From an uncultured Desulfobacterales bacterium (GTDB taxonomy: Bacteria > Desulfobacterota > DSM-4660 > Desulfatiglandales > HGW-15): 59,480 bases of DNA. Location of the stretch: NCBI GenBank assembly GCA_964591925.1, contig CAZQCK010000001.1:1-59480 (forward strand). The letters run 5' to 3'. Under the pieces are notes generated by a model. It was not told the origin of the DNA and ran no database searches. It was given only the letters and a program-made list of their open reading frames with translations. A program made the position numbers and the translations under genes. Shown here one piece after another: positions 1 through 11,498 of this stretch (positions within the stretch are counted from its first letter, which is position 1; every line of letters starts with the position of its first letter).

Positions 1-53
1 CGACGACCAAATCCGACCCAAATCTGAGCGTCAATTCTGTGAATTTATTTTTG
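1..53 (+). repeat. Interspersed repeat family C, copy 1 (cut by window edge)
   Basis: cgacgaccaaatccgacccaaatctgagcgtcaattctgtgaatttatttttg aligns to the reverse complement of 35717-35771 with a few mismatches and 1-nt indels. Confidence 0.6.
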
Positions 54-62
54 AGCGAGCCC

Positions 63-344
63 TTAGTGGCCTCGGCGCTTGGATGCCTTCAGTGGATTGA
101 TCTTGCCGTTCGCCTGGGTCCCGTTGGATGCCTTCACATGGGTGGCCATGTTGCAGACACTCGAACGCCACTTTACGGAAGGATCCGGAAAGCAGGCGCA
201 GTACTTGCCGGTGGGCAACTCCTGAACACGCCGGCACCCTTCACATTGCTCGACTATCGTGTGGCAGTGACCGCCGTTGAACCCGCAGCCGCTCTTCTCC
301 ATGAAGAAGCAGTCCTGACCTTGTTTTACCGTTGCACAAAGCAT
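63..344 (-). CDS. Small cysteine-rich protein, PxxKW-type
   Basis: 93 aa from the ATG at 344 (MLCATVKQGQDCFF...). Many Cys including CEGC, and a C-terminal PDPSVKWRSSVCNMATH motif. The extra N-terminus of the 147-aa track ORF does not look coding. Confidence 0.6.
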   Translation of the reverse strand: MLCATVKQGQDCFFMEKSGCGFNGGHCHTIVEQCEGCRRVQELPTGKYCACFPDPSVKWRSSVCNMATHVKASNGTQANGKINPLKASKRRGH

Positions 345-417
345 GAGTATCACGTCCTTTCTTCCAAAGAAAGGCCCTGGCTCAAGAAGCCAGGGCCGCT
401 GAAAACAAAATCCTGAT

Positions 418-445
418 AGAATAATGGTTTTCCGTTCATTGTCAA
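418..445 (-). promoter_or_regulatory. Candidate sigma-70 promoter for the PxxKW gene
   Basis: Minus strand reads TTGACA-N16-TATTCT about 75 nt upstream of the ATG at 344. A perfect 10-bp hairpin (ggccctggct/agccagggcc, 373-397) lies in the predicted leader. Confidence 0.35.
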
Positions 446-508
446 CCTTTTTTTCTGAACGCAGGGAAAGGCGTTGACCGAATCTACGAACATGATACGA
501 TTTCATCT

Positions 509-631
509 TTGACAGGCTCGCAGAAAGTCTGATGACTTCGCAAAGACCGCAAGGTGAACTGATTGATATTAAAAGGTCTTTTCTTAGCGTCTTGGCGTCT
601 TGGCGAGAGAATACAGTTTTGTGGTTTCGTC
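509..631 (-). repeat. Interspersed repeat family A, copy 1 (about 125 nt)
   Basis: Its reverse complement aligns along its whole length with 52444-52576 and 52837-52963. Shared blocks include cgcaaagacgctaag, ccttttaatatcaatcagttcac and tttgcg. Confidence 0.8.
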
Positions 632-669
632 ATCTTTCGAGCATCTTACGTAGAGGAGGAAAACACCCT

Positions 670-1928
<1,259 letters not shown>

Positions 1929-1932
<4 letters not shown>

Positions 1933-2612
1933 GACCCGAATTTATCGAGGCGCGGGATCTTCCGGACGCCTGGTTTCAATGTGTGTACAGTCTGCTCGAA
2001 ACCGGCCGTGAATACACTATCGACCGGGGAAGTTACGAGGGCCAGAAGCGCCTGGAGTTCGACTACGTCACCGTTCACATCCGGCATCCTCATGTGCGGC
2101 CTCTGCTGCCCGACATTCCACCGGCACTCGGCATCCCCAACCCGGTGGCCGAGGGGTATCTCGAGGAGTATCTTCCCTACCTGATGACCTCCATCAAGCA
2201 GCCGGGGGAAGATTATACCTACGGGTGGTACCTGGAAAGGCAGATCGCGGAGGTAATCCGCATGTACCGGGAAGACGGCTTCGGTACCAATCAGGCCTAC
2301 ATGACGGTAGGCGATCCGGAGGCCGTTTTTCTCAAGGACCCCCCGTGCCTGCGGGGAATCGATACACGCGTGCGTGAAGGCCGGCTGCACTTTATCATCT
2401 ATTTTCGATCCTGGGACCTGTGGAATGGTTTTCCGGCCAACCTGGGCGCCATTCAACTGCTCAAGGAATACATGGCCGCGGAGATCGGTGTGGAGGATGG
2501 TGAAATCGTCGCAGCAAGCAAAGGGCTTCACCTCTATGATTATGTGTGGGAGCTGGCCAAGCTCAGAACCATGTGCGACAATCCATCGGCCTTAAAGGGA
2601 AATTCCCTCTGA
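1929..2612 (+). CDS. Thymidylate synthase-like protein (archaeal-type ThyA family)
   Basis: 227 aa with PPCLRG (catalytic-Cys region) and [14 protein letters not shown], resembling short archaeal ThyA homologs. Its ATG overlaps the icd stop (ATGA). Confidence 0.65.
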
Positions 2613-2733
2613 GGTTCAACGCTTGCGGCATTCAGGTAACACCTTTTTCGCCGACTTCGCAGGGTGCCACGTTTTTCCGGCGGCACAGTCAACACCGCCC
2701 TGCGCTTGATCGGCTGTGCGGGACGAATCTTCA

Positions 2734-3810
2734 ATGCCTCATTCGGACATATACACATCCGACCACCTGGTTGACGGGCGCGTCGGTCCTGATCTCAAGG
2801 GCCTCACCGGAACGGAAACCGAGCAGTGGTGTGAGAGCCAGGGTCTTCCCCCTTATCGCGGCCGGCAGATCCGGCAATGGCTGTTCAAAAAGGCCGCCTC
2901 CTCGTTCCAGGACATGACCAGCATTCCGAAGGCCCTTCGCGACAGGTTGGCCCGCCTCGTCACTCCGGACCGTCTGCAACGGCTGGAGACCCGGGTTTCC
3001 CGGGACGGGACCGAAAAGACCCTTTTCCGCCTTTATGACGGCCACAGCATCGAGTCGGTGCTCATCCCGGAAAGAGGGCACTACACCCTGTGCATTTCGT
3101 CTCAGGCCGGCTGCGCCATGGGATGCCGATTCTGCGTCACGGGCATGGGCGGATTGAAGCGGAACCTCGAACCAGGTGAAATCGTCGATCAAGTCATTCA
3201 GGTTCGCCGGTCCATGCGCGAACCGGAGCGTCTGATGAACATCGTTTTCATGGGAATGGGAGAGCCTCTGGCCAACTACGAAGCCGTGCTCCGCGCTCTG
3301 CATAACCTGACCGACGACCAGGGGCTGAACTTCTCCCATCGAAGGGTGACCCTGTCCACCTGCGGGCTGGTACACATGATGGCGCGCCTGGGGCGCGATG
3401 CGAAGGTGAATCTGGCCGTGAGCCTGAATGCGGCTGAGGATGAAACCAGAAACTTTCTCATGCCCATCAACCGGACCCACCCTCTGGACGCCCTCATGAG
3501 TGCGTGCCGCGCCTTTCCGCTTCCCAATCGCAGCATGATCACCTTCGAGTACATTATGATTCGAGATGTCAACGACCGGGTCAAAGACGCCCGCAACCTG
3601 GCCCGCCTTCTCAGAGGGCTTCGCGCCAAGATCAATCTGATTCCCCTGAATCCGCACCCCGCACTCGAGCTATCCCCGTCCTCTTCAGACCGCATTCAGG
3701 CGTTCCAGGACCTTCTGGTTCAAAACCACTACACCGCCATAGTTCGCAAAAGCAAGGGACAGGACATATCGGCCGCCTGCGGTCAATTGAGCGGCGAATC
3801 GGCCGGCTGA
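2734..3810 (+). CDS. rlmN: 23S rRNA/tRNA (adenine-C2)-methyltransferase, radical SAM
   Basis: Radical-SAM motif [18 protein letters not shown] and RlmN-like sequence throughout. Start taken at ATG 2734; an alternative GTG lies at 2716. Confidence 0.9.
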   Translation: MPHSDIYTSDHLVDGRVGPDLKGLTGTETEQWCESQGLPPYRGRQIRQWLFKKAASSFQDMTSIPKALRDRLARLVTPDRLQRLETRVSRDGTEKTLFRLYDGHSIESVLIPERGHYTLCISSQAGCAMGCRFCVTGMGGLKRNLEPGEIVDQVIQVRRSMREPERLMNIVFMGMGEPLANYEAVLRALHNLTDDQGLNFSHRRVTLSTCGLVHMMARLGRDAKVNLAVSLNAAEDETRNFLMPINRTHPLDALMSACRAFPLPNRSMITFEYIMIRDVNDRVKDARNLARLLRGLRAKINLIPLNPHPALELSPSSSDRIQAFQDLLVQNHYTAIVRKSKGQDISAACGQLSGESAG

Positions 3811-3907
3811 CATTCACCCTTCCCCGCCTTTGCCGGCCGGAAACATCATTTCCTTGTTCTCCCGGACACGCTGTGTTATTGGGTACGCATTTTGGAGGAT
3901 ATGCATC

Positions 3908-4288
3908 ATGATCGAACTTGATTTCAGCAAGGGGGACGGCCTGCTTCCCGCGGTGGTCCAGGACCACGCCACCGGCCGCGTGCTCATGCTCGCTTACGTC
4001 AATGCAAAGTCCTGGCAAAAAACCCTGGAAACCGGTGAGGCCCACTACTGGAGCCGGTCGCGCAGTGAGCTCTGGCACAAGGGAGGAACCTCCGGAAACG
4101 TCCAGAAAATCCGGGATATCTACGTGGACTGTGACAAAGACACCGTGCTTTTTCAGGTGGAACAAGTGGGCGGCGCCGCCTGCCATACCGGTCACGAAAG
4201 CTGCTTTTTTCAAAAAGTCACCGCCGAAGGCGGATTGACCGTGGTCGGAGAGCCGCTATTCGACCCCAAAAAGGTGTACGGACAATGA
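3908..4288 (+). CDS. hisI: Phosphoribosyl-AMP cyclohydrolase
   Basis: [19 protein letters not shown]...[16 protein letters not shown]...[14 protein letters not shown] 3908 is preceded by GGAGGA. Confidence 0.9.
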   Translation: MIELDFSKGDGLLPAVVQDHATGRVLMLAYVNAKSWQKTLETGEAHYWSRSRSELWHKGGTSGNVQKIRDIYVDCDKDTVLFQVEQVGGAACHTGHESCFFQKVTAEGGLTVVGEPLFDPKKVYGQ

Positions 4289-5157
4289 AGACGTTGAAAT
4301 TCGGCATCCCCAAGGGGAGCCTTCAGAAGGCCACCATTCACCTGTTCGAGAAATCGGGTTGGCGCATCAATGTGAACGGGCGGAGCTACTTTCCCGACAT
4401 CAACGACGACACCATTGAGTGCAGCATCTGCCGCGCCCAGGAGATGTCCCGATATGTGGAAAGCGGGGCCATCGATGCAGGATTGACAGGCAAGGACTGG
4501 ATCGAAGAAAACGCATCCGACGTGGTGGTCGTGGACGACCTGGTCTACTCCAAGGTGAGCCAGAAGCCGGCGCGATGGGTCCTGGCGGTACCCAAAGACT
4601 CCTCCATTCGGCGTCTGGAGGATCTCCAGGGCTGCAAGATCGCAACGGAGCTCGTCAACTACACGCGCCGGTACTTCGAGGAACGAGGTATCGACGTCCA
4701 GGTGGAGTTTTCCTGGGGAGCCACCGAGGCCAAGGTGGTCTCCGGTCTTGCAGACGCCGTGGTGGAAGTGACCGAAACCGGAAGCACGATTCGAGCCCAC
4801 GGCCTGGAGATCATCCACGAGTTCATGCAGAGCAACACACAGCTCATCGCCAACCACTCGTCCTACGAGGATCAGTGGAAACGGGACAAAATCGGCCAGA
4901 TCATTCTGCTCCTCCGCGGCGCACTCAAGGCCGAAAACATGGTGGGACTCAAGATGAATGTTCCCAAAGAGCTGCTGGCAACCGTTGTGAAGCTCCTTCC
5001 GAGCCTCAACGCCCCGACGGTGGCGCATCTCTACGAGCAGCCCTGGCTCAGCGTGGAAACCGTGGTTGAATCGCGAACCGTCCGGGACCTGATTCCGGAG
5101 CTCATGAAGGCCGGGGCCGAAGGGATTATCGAGTATCCCTTGAACAAGGTCATCTAG
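4285..5157 (+). CDS. hisG: ATP phosphoribosyltransferase (long form)
   Basis: 290 aa, [30 protein letters not shown] overlap with hisI. Confidence 0.9.
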   Translation: MKTLKFGIPKGSLQKATIHLFEKSGWRINVNGRSYFPDINDDTIECSICRAQEMSRYVESGAIDAGLTGKDWIEENASDVVVVDDLVYSKVSQKPARWVLAVPKDSSIRRLEDLQGCKIATELVNYTRRYFEERGIDVQVEFSWGATEAKVVSGLADAVVEVTETGSTIRAHGLEIIHEFMQSNTQLIANHSSYEDQWKRDKIGQIILLLRGALKAENMVGLKMNVPKELLATVVKLLPSLNAPTVAHLYEQPWLSVETVVESRTVRDLIPELMKAGAEGIIEYPLNKVI

Positions 5158-5225
5158 AAGCCCCCCTTCACCACGCGGCAATCGCCCCTTTCTTTCCGCG
5201 GGGAAACCCCGAAGAGGAGCATGCC

Positions 5226-6371
5226 ATGACCCTAACCACCCATCGTCCCGACCTCATCGCCCCGTTCATCGTCATGGAGGTGCTGGAGCGGGCCCAGGAG
5301 CTGGAAAAAGCGGGACAACGGATCATTCACCTGGAGATCGGAGAACCTGATTTCCCGACCCCTGACTGTATCTGCCGCGCTGCGGAGAGGGCCATTCGAG
5401 AAGGACACACCCACTACACCCACAGCCTGGGCATTCTCGAGCTTCGGGAGGCTGTGAGTGCGCACTATCTCAGCACGTACGGCATCGAGGTCGATCCCGG
5501 CAGGGTGATCATAACAGCCGGAACGTCTCCAGCTCTGTTCATGGCTTTTTCAGTTCTTCTCGAGCCGGGTGACGACATCATAATTTCCAACCCCCATTAT
5601 CCCTGTTACCCCAACTTCGCCCGCTTTCTCGGTGCGAGCCCCGCCTTCGTGGATGTGTTCGAGGAAGAGGGCTTCCAGTACCGCCCCAAAGACATTCGAG
5701 AGCGAATGGGTCCCCGGACCCGGGCCGTTCTTCTCAACTCCCCGGCCAACCCTACAGGCAGCGTCCTCTCACTCGAGCGCATGGAGGCTGTGGCGAATCT
5801 CGGGCTTCCCATCATCGCGGACGAGATTTATCACGGCCTGGTCTACGGAGAAAAGGAACACACCGTCCTGGAATTGACGGATGAGGCCTTTGTCTTGAAC
5901 GGCTTTTCCAAGGCCTATGCCATGACCGGGTGGCGTCTCGGATACATCATTGCGCCGCACAGCTTTGTCCGGCCGATTCAAAAAATTCAGCAGAACCTGT
6001 TCATCTCCGCAGGAAGTGTGAGCCAATGGGCCGGAGTGGCCGCTCTGAGCAAAGCGGGTCCCGACGTGGAGCGTATGCGTGCGGTTTACGACGAGCGGCG
6101 GCGCGCCATGGTCCAGCGTCTGCGCGATATGGGATTCGGTCTTTCGGTGGAACCCGCCGGGGCCTTTTACATCCTGGCAAACGCCAAGCATCTGTCAGAA
6201 AACTCCTACGATCTGGCCTTCGAAATACTGGAGAAGGCGGGAGTGGGGGTGAGCCCGGGGATCGACTTTGGAAGCCGGGCGGAGGGTTACATCCGGTTCA
6301 GCTATGCCAACTCCCTGGAGAACATCCACGAGGGACTGGACCGGATAGAGGCGTTCCTCGCAAAACGCTGA
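5226..6371 (+). CDS. Class I/II pyridoxal-phosphate aminotransferase (aspartate aminotransferase-like)
   Basis: 381 aa with the PLP-lysine region NGFSKAYAMTGWRLGY. Substrate cannot be assigned from sequence alone. Confidence 0.85.
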   Translation: MTLTTHRPDLIAPFIVMEVLERAQELEKAGQRIIHLEIGEPDFPTPDCICRAAERAIREGHTHYTHSLGILELREAVSAHYLSTYGIEVDPGRVIITAGTSPALFMAFSVLLEPGDDIIISNPHYPCYPNFARFLGASPAFVDVFEEEGFQYRPKDIRERMGPRTRAVLLNSPANPTGSVLSLERMEAVANLGLPIIADEIYHGLVYGEKEHTVLELTDEAFVLNGFSKAYAMTGWRLGYIIAPHSFVRPIQKIQQNLFISAGSVSQWAGVAALSKAGPDVERMRAVYDERRRAMVQRLRDMGFGLSVEPAGAFYILANAKHLSENSYDLAFEILEKAGVGVSPGIDFGSRAEGYIRFSYANSLENIHEGLDRIEAFLAKR

Positions 6372-6403
6372 CACCGCCGGTTTCAGGTGAAAAACAAACG
6401 CCC

Positions 6404-7015
6404 ATGAACGTCACCTTCGTCAAAAGCGCATATCAACCTGACCAGTATCCTCCGGCGGACCGGCCTGAAGTGGCCTTTGCCGGCCGGTCCAACGTGGGAA
6501 AGTCCTCTCTCATCAACACCCTCGTCCAGCGGCGCAACCTGGCGCGCACCGGCTCCACGCCCGGACGTACCCAGGCCATCAACTTCTTCGCCCTGCACGA
6601 CCGGAGCCATCTGGTGGACCTTCCAGGGTACGGGTTTGCGCGGGTGCCGCCCCAAGTCCGGGAGGCCTGGAAACCCATGGTCGAGGCCTATTTGCGTGAG
6701 CGGACCACGCTGCGCGCCGTGGTGGTGATCCTGGACATTCGAAGGGAACCTTCCCAAGGCGATCTGGATCTTCTGCACTGGCTCGAAAGTTACGGAATTC
6801 CGGCCATCATCGTGCTCACCAAAGCGGACAAGCTGTCACGCGGGAAGAGGGCGGCTCAAGCCGGTAAGCTGGAGCGGGTGCTGAGAGGAATGTCACCGGA
6901 AAAACCAATCCTCTTTTCCGCCCGAACCCGGGAAGGACGCCGGGATGTCTGGATGCGGATCGAGGAGGCGCTCCAGCAGGGACTCAACGCCCCGAGTCCA
7001 GACCGTAAGCCTTGA
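6404..7015 (+). CDS. engB: Ribosome-biogenesis GTPase YihA/EngB
   Basis: Starts at internal ATG 6404 (MNVTFVKSAY...), P-loop GRSNVGKSSLIN. The upstream part of the 361-aa track ORF overlaps the aminotransferase gene. Confidence 0.88.
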   Translation: MNVTFVKSAYQPDQYPPADRPEVAFAGRSNVGKSSLINTLVQRRNLARTGSTPGRTQAINFFALHDRSHLVDLPGYGFARVPPQVREAWKPMVEAYLRERTTLRAVVVILDIRREPSQGDLDLLHWLESYGIPAIIVLTKADKLSRGKRAAQAGKLERVLRGMSPEKPILFSARTREGRRDVWMRIEEALQQGLNAPSPDRKP

Positions 7016-8351
7016 TCTTCTTGTGAAGATTGCTCCGCTCGATCCCGATGGCCTCGGCGGTCTGCGAGACGTTTCCGTTGAACTCCCGGAGCTTTTTCGA
7101 AATGAAGTCCTTTTCAAACTCCGCCTTTGCCTCGCGGTAGCTGTCGAAGTCCCCGAAGGAGGACGCCGCACCCCCCCCCATATCCGCAGACCGGTTGAAA
7201 GGCGCAGGGATGTCGGAGACCTGGATTTCCTCGGACGCCGTCATGATCACCAGTCTCTCCACCAGGTTCTTCAGTTCGCGGACATTTCCCGGCCAGTGGT
7301 ACCGTTTCAACAGCTCGACGGCCTCCTCGAAAAATGTTTTGAACGGCAGATTGGTCTTGAGGGAGATTTCCGTGGTGAACTCTTGAATGAGTTTCGGAAG
7401 GTCCTCGGTTCGCTCCCGCAAGGGCGGAACCCGCATGGGGATCACGTTGAGACGAAAGTACAAATCCTCGCGAAACGTCCCCTTCTCGATCTCCGCCTCC
7501 AGATCCTTGTTCGTGGCGGCGATCACGCGCACATCCACGTGTATCGTCTTGGCCCCCCCGACACGCTCGAACTTCTGTTCCTGGAGGATTCTCAAGGTCT
7601 TGGACTGGGCTTTGAGGCTCATGTCCCCGATTTCGTCCAGAAACAGAGTGGCCTCGTGGGCCAGATCGAATTTCCCCCGTTTCATGGCCCCCGCCCCTGT
7701 AAACGCCCCCTTTTCGTGACCGAACAGCTCGCTCTCTATGAGCTCTTCCGGAATGGCCGCACAGTTCACCTCCACCATGGGCTTATGACTGCGCCTGCTG
7801 AACTGGTGAATGGTGTGGGCGACGAGCTCCTTGCCCGTTCCGTTCTCACCGGAGATGAGCACCCAGGCGTTTGTCGGGGCCACGATTTGAATCTGCTCCT
7901 TGAGCTCCTGAATCGGCTCGCTGTCACCGGTAATCCGATTCCTGCCTTTTTCCTTCTCCTTGAGCAGGCCGATTTCCTCTTCCAGCCGATAGTGTTCGAG
8001 CGCGTTGTGAATGCTGAGAAGCACCTTCTCGAGGGACAGGGGCTTTTCGATGAAGTCGTAGGCCCCGAGCTTTGTGGCCTTGACCGCAGTCTCGATGGTC
8101 CCGTGGCCGGACATCATCACCACCTGAAGATGGGGGTAGGCTTCCTTTATTCTGACCAGTGTCTCTATGCCGTCCAGCTCTGGCATCCAGATGTCCAGCA
8201 ACACCAGGTCCGGTATTTCCTCTTCAATCTTCTCCAGGGCCTTCAGGCCGTTTTCCGCATCCTGGACCTCGAAACCCTCATCCGACAAGATCCCCTCCAG
8301 AGACTGGATGATGCTTTTCTCGTCATCGACCACAAGAATGCTTCTGGCCAT
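6984..8351 (-). CDS. Sigma-54-dependent response regulator (NtrC family)
   Basis: Receiver domain (ILVVDDEKSI...LLDIWMP), AAA+ domain (GENGTGKELVA, GAFTGA) and C-terminal Fis-type HTH. ATG 8351 has a GGAGGG RBS. Confidence 0.9.
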   Translation of the reverse strand: MARSILVVDDEKSIIQSLEGILSDEGFEVQDAENGLKALEKIEEEIPDLVLLDIWMPELDGIETLVRIKEAYPHLQVVMMSGHGTIETAVKATKLGAYDFIEKPLSLEKVLLSIHNALEHYRLEEEIGLLKEKEKGRNRITGDSEPIQELKEQIQIVAPTNAWVLISGENGTGKELVAHTIHQFSRRSHKPMVEVNCAAIPEELIESELFGHEKGAFTGAGAMKRGKFDLAHEATLFLDEIGDMSLKAQSKTLRILQEQKFERVGGAKTIHVDVRVIAATNKDLEAEIEKGTFREDLYFRLNVIPMRVPPLRERTEDLPKLIQEFTTEISLKTNLPFKTFFEEAVELLKRYHWPGNVRELKNLVERLVIMTASEEIQVSDIPAPFNRSADMGGGAASSFGDFDSYREAKAEFEKDFISKKLREFNGNVSQTAEAIGIERSNLHKKIKAYGLDSGR

Positions 8352-8406
8352 GTCGGTTTCCCTCCGGCCCTGCAATGTTCAAAGAAGGGGCCCCGCTCGA
8401 GGGCGT

Positions 8407-9594
8407 TCATTTCAGACGGCCCATCATACTCAGTGCGACAACCGCCGTACGTTCCGATGCCCCCGGTGCTCCCATAAGCCCTTTCACCCGTCCCAATGCC
8501 TTTATCACATTTTCCCGGTGCGGACCAACCACGAGCAGGCGTGCGGCCTCTTGAGCAAGACGCGCAGGCGTCACCTCGTCCTGAATGAGTTCCGGGGCCA
8601 CCTCCTCGCCGGCCACGAGGTTGACGAGACCGATGAAGGGGACCCGAATCACGATCTTCCCTACTCGATAAGACAACGGAGAAACCCGATAGGCGATTAC
8701 CATGGGAATCTTATGGATGGCCGTCTCCAGCGTAGCCGTACCGGACGCCACCAGGGCGGCGTCACAACCGGGAAGGGCCTGGTGCATGTCGTCCCGCCAC
8801 AGAATGACCTTCAAGGAAGACTTCCGGACGTAGGCCTCGATGCGGCCGGGAGAGACCGTGGAGGCCACCGGAAGAACGACCTGCAGCTCCGGCCAGACGC
8901 CTCGAAGAAGGACGGCGGCCTGAAGCATGGCGGGCAACAGGTTGTCCACCTCCTCATTCCGGCTGCCGGGTAGAACCCCCAAGAGAGGGGCTTTCCCCTC
9001 CACACCCAACCGGCTGCGCGCCTCATCCCTGGCCGTCCCTTGGGAAACTGCATCCAAAAGCGGGTGGCCCACGAACGTCACCGGCATGCCGGTCCGGCGG
9101 TAGAGGACCTCTTCGAACGGCAGTATCACCGCCATCCGGTCCACCCGGCGGGCGATCTTCCGTATGCGCCCCCGCCTCCAGGCCCAGATTTGCGGGCTGA
9201 TGTAGTAGAGGACCGGGACGCCGCACCTTTTCGCGGTCTTGGCCACGTGGAGGTTGAACTCGGGATAGTCCAGAAGGACCAGCAAGTCCGGCGGAGAGGA
9301 GTGTAGAAGGTGCTTGATCAGACGGGCGGCCGCCCGGATTCGGGCCAGACGGGGGATCACCTCGGTGAGGCCGACCACGGCCATCTCTGAGGAAGGAACC
9401 AGGATATCCACACCGGCCCGGGACATTCGAGCCCCCCCGATGCCCTGGAACACCACATTCGGGTCCACACGGCGAACAGCGTTCACCAGATTGGCCCCGT
9501 GAAGGTCTGCGGAGGCCTCACCGGCAACCACCAGGATGCGGCCGATACGCTTCTTTTCAGCAGAGGCCCTTGAAATGCTTACACCCCTGTTCAA
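8407..9594 (-). CDS. lpxB: Lipid-A-disaccharide synthase
   Basis: RILVVAGEASADLHGANL and LpxB-like sequence throughout. The only plausible start near the conserved N-terminus is TTG 9594, so the start is uncertain. It overlaps the upstream gene by 38 nt. Confidence 0.85.
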   Translation of the reverse strand: MNRGVSISRASAEKKRIGRILVVAGEASADLHGANLVNAVRRVDPNVVFQGIGGARMSRAGVDILVPSSEMAVVGLTEVIPRLARIRAAARLIKHLLHSSPPDLLVLLDYPEFNLHVAKTAKRCGVPVLYYISPQIWAWRRGRIRKIARRVDRMAVILPFEEVLYRRTGMPVTFVGHPLLDAVSQGTARDEARSRLGVEGKAPLLGVLPGSRNEEVDNLLPAMLQAAVLLRGVWPELQVVLPVASTVSPGRIEAYVRKSSLKVILWRDDMHQALPGCDAALVASGTATLETAIHKIPMVIAYRVSPLSYRVGKIVIRVPFIGLVNLVAGEEVAPELIQDEVTPARLAQEAARLLVVGPHRENVIKALGRVKGLMGAPGASERTAVVALSMMGRLK

Positions 9595-10534
9595 TCTGAT
9601 CCATGACCTGCAAGGCCACCTCAAGGGCCCGTTTCCCGTCTTCTCCAGAGACTTCGGGTTCGAGCCCTCCCTGGACGGCCCGCACAAATGAGGCGATCTG
9701 ATCCGCCAGAGGATCGCTGTCGGGAAAGGTGACCTTGCGGGTGGTGACACCGGGTGACTCCCTGGACGCGCCGTCCTGCCCATCCAGCCTGGTGATGCTG
9801 AGATCGCGGCGTGCGCAGTTTACGGAGATATACGCATCCGGCTGGAACACTCGAATCTTCCGCAAAGTCTTGTTGGACACCCGGCTCGCGGTCAGGTTGC
9901 CCACCGTCCCGTTTTCAAAAATGATCCGCGCATTGGCTATGTCCGTGGTCTCCGTGAGAACCTTCATCCCCACCGCATGCAACGCCTGCACAGGCGCGCG
10001 AACGGCATTCAACACGATATCCAGGTCGTGAATCATGAGATCGAGGACAACGTCCACGTCAGTCCCGCGAACCGTGAACATGTTCATCCTGTGGCTCTCT
10101 ATAAACACCGGCCTTTCCAGAATGGAGGTCATCTCGATGACCGGCGGGTTGAACCGCTCCACGTGGCCGACTTGAAGAACAAGGCCTCTGCCTCTAGCCG
10201 TCTCCACAAGCCGGGCTGCGTGGTCCACTCGATAGGTGATGGGTTTCTCCACCAGCAGATGCACCCCTGCATCCAGAATCCTCGAAGCCTCCTCGTAGTG
10301 ATACTCCGTAGGTACGGCCAGGCTCAAGGCCTCCACCTCCTCGAGAAGGGAGGACAGATCGAAAAAAGACCGGGCTCCATAACGCTGGGCTACGTCATCG
10401 GCCTTTTCCCGATCCAGGTCGAAAACGCCTACGAGTTTAGCTTCCTTCAAGGCGGCATACTTCTGGACATGGTAATGCCCGAGATGCCCGACACCGACGA
10501 CTCCCACGCGAAGCTTTTCATGGATTGATTTCAT
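9557..10534 (-). CDS. Gfo/Idh/MocA family oxidoreductase (lpx-cluster associated)
   Basis: N-terminal Rossmann motif LRVGVVGVGHLGHYH, 325 aa, located between lpxI and lpxB. Confidence 0.85.
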   Translation of the reverse strand: MKSIHEKLRVGVVGVGHLGHYHVQKYAALKEAKLVGVFDLDREKADDVAQRYGARSFFDLSSLLEEVEALSLAVPTEYHYEEASRILDAGVHLLVEKPITYRVDHAARLVETARGRGLVLQVGHVERFNPPVIEMTSILERPVFIESHRMNMFTVRGTDVDVVLDLMIHDLDIVLNAVRAPVQALHAVGMKVLTETTDIANARIIFENGTVGNLTASRVSNKTLRKIRVFQPDAYISVNCARRDLSITRLDGQDGASRESPGVTTRKVTFPDSDPLADQIASFVRAVQGGLEPEVSGEDGKRALEVALQVMDQIEQGCKHFKGLC

Positions 10535-10596
10535 TTTGCCTTACGCCGGAAGAATGGGGCTCAGCATTGTTCAAGGACCCTTGAGACCGGAAAGCC

Positions 10597-11430
10597 CTAA
10601 GCGTGAGCCTCCTTGTCCTCCATGGAAACGATCGAAACTCCGGTTTCATCGGCAAGACGAACCATGGCCGCCTTGTCGAACAGCAGGGTCTTTCCGGCTT
10701 CCAATGCGAGCACCGAGGCCTTTACTTCATTCATGACCTTGATCGTCTCGAGCCCCACCGTAGGCACGTCGAAACGCAAGTCCTGGGAGGGCTTGCTGAC
10801 CTTGACCACCACCGCTTTCTCTCGAGCTATTCGACCTCCTCTGCGAACGGTTTCATCCGTTCCCTCCATGGCCTCCAGGGCCACCACGGTCTTCCTTCGA
10901 ACCACCACGCACTGCCCTATGTCGAGCCGGCCCAGCTCCTTGGCCATACGCCATCCGAAACGAATGTCCGACATTTCCCCCCGGGTGGGCTTTCTACGGG
11001 TTAAAACACCCGGCGGGGCAATCAGTTCCGGCAGGAAATGGGTGGAAGATATGATCCGGATGCCCTCCTTCTCCATTTCGCGGCTCACATTGCGCAAAAT
11101 GCCGTCATCGTGAAACACGGCCATTCGAGACATGAGGGCCAACCCTTTCAAATCCGGGCGGACCCGGCTGAACATGCGGCGCTTGGAAATGGTGCCGGCC
11201 ATCATGACCCGCTGTATACCGCGTTGCCGGAAAGCGCGGATCAAGCGCCCCAGCTGGCCTAGCCGGATCCAGGCTATTTCGTCCACGTGGCCTTGAAGCG
11301 CCGGGTCGGTTTCCCCTTCATGGGCCACAGCCAGGGTGAAACACCCCAGCCGTCTCGCGGCATCCGCCACCATAAGGGGGAAAACACCTCCCCCTGCGAT
11401 GATGCCGATCTGATCCGGTTGCTCGGGCAT
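10597..11430 (-). CDS. lpxI: UDP-2,3-diacylglucosamine pyrophosphatase LpxI (DUF1009 family)
   Basis: IGIIAGGGVFPLMVA N-terminus, 277 aa, directly downstream of lpxA. Confidence 0.8.
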   Translation of the reverse strand: MPEQPDQIGIIAGGGVFPLMVADAARRLGCFTLAVAHEGETDPALQGHVDEIAWIRLGQLGRLIRAFRQRGIQRVMMAGTISKRRMFSRVRPDLKGLALMSRMAVFHDDGILRNVSREMEKEGIRIISSTHFLPELIAPPGVLTRRKPTRGEMSDIRFGWRMAKELGRLDIGQCVVVRRKTVVALEAMEGTDETVRRGGRIAREKAVVVKVSKPSQDLRFDVPTVGLETIKVMNEVKASVLALEAGKTLLFDKAAMVRLADETGVSIVSMEDKEAHA

Positions 11431-11498
11431 CTTGCTCCAGACCGTCGCTGCGCCACATTCCTGTCGGACACCTCCGACTCAGGCCCTCGGCGCTCTTA

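Noticed and set aside
2613-2733. Possible terminator hairpin (gtgcc...ggcac) after the thyA-like gene
   Set aside because: The stem is only 5 bp with a long loop and no clear U-tract, so the evidence is insufficient.
5930-6403. N-terminal 158 residues of the 361-aa ORF containing engB
   Set aside because: This part overlaps the 3' end of the aminotransferase gene in another frame and is Arg/Gly-rich. EngB homology begins at the ATG at 6404.
6945-8477. 510-aa plus-strand ORF, and similar long ORFs antisense to real genes (for example 15601-16872, 19618-20769, 26002-27117, 27518-29125, 35848-37305, 39532-40680, 40699-41961, 45471-46877, 54950-56626, 57311-58702)
   Set aside because: Each lies opposite a gene with unmistakable family signatures. 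Their translations are Arg/Pro/Gly/His-rich and low in complexity, with no motifs. This is typical of stop-poor shadow frames in GC-rich DNA.
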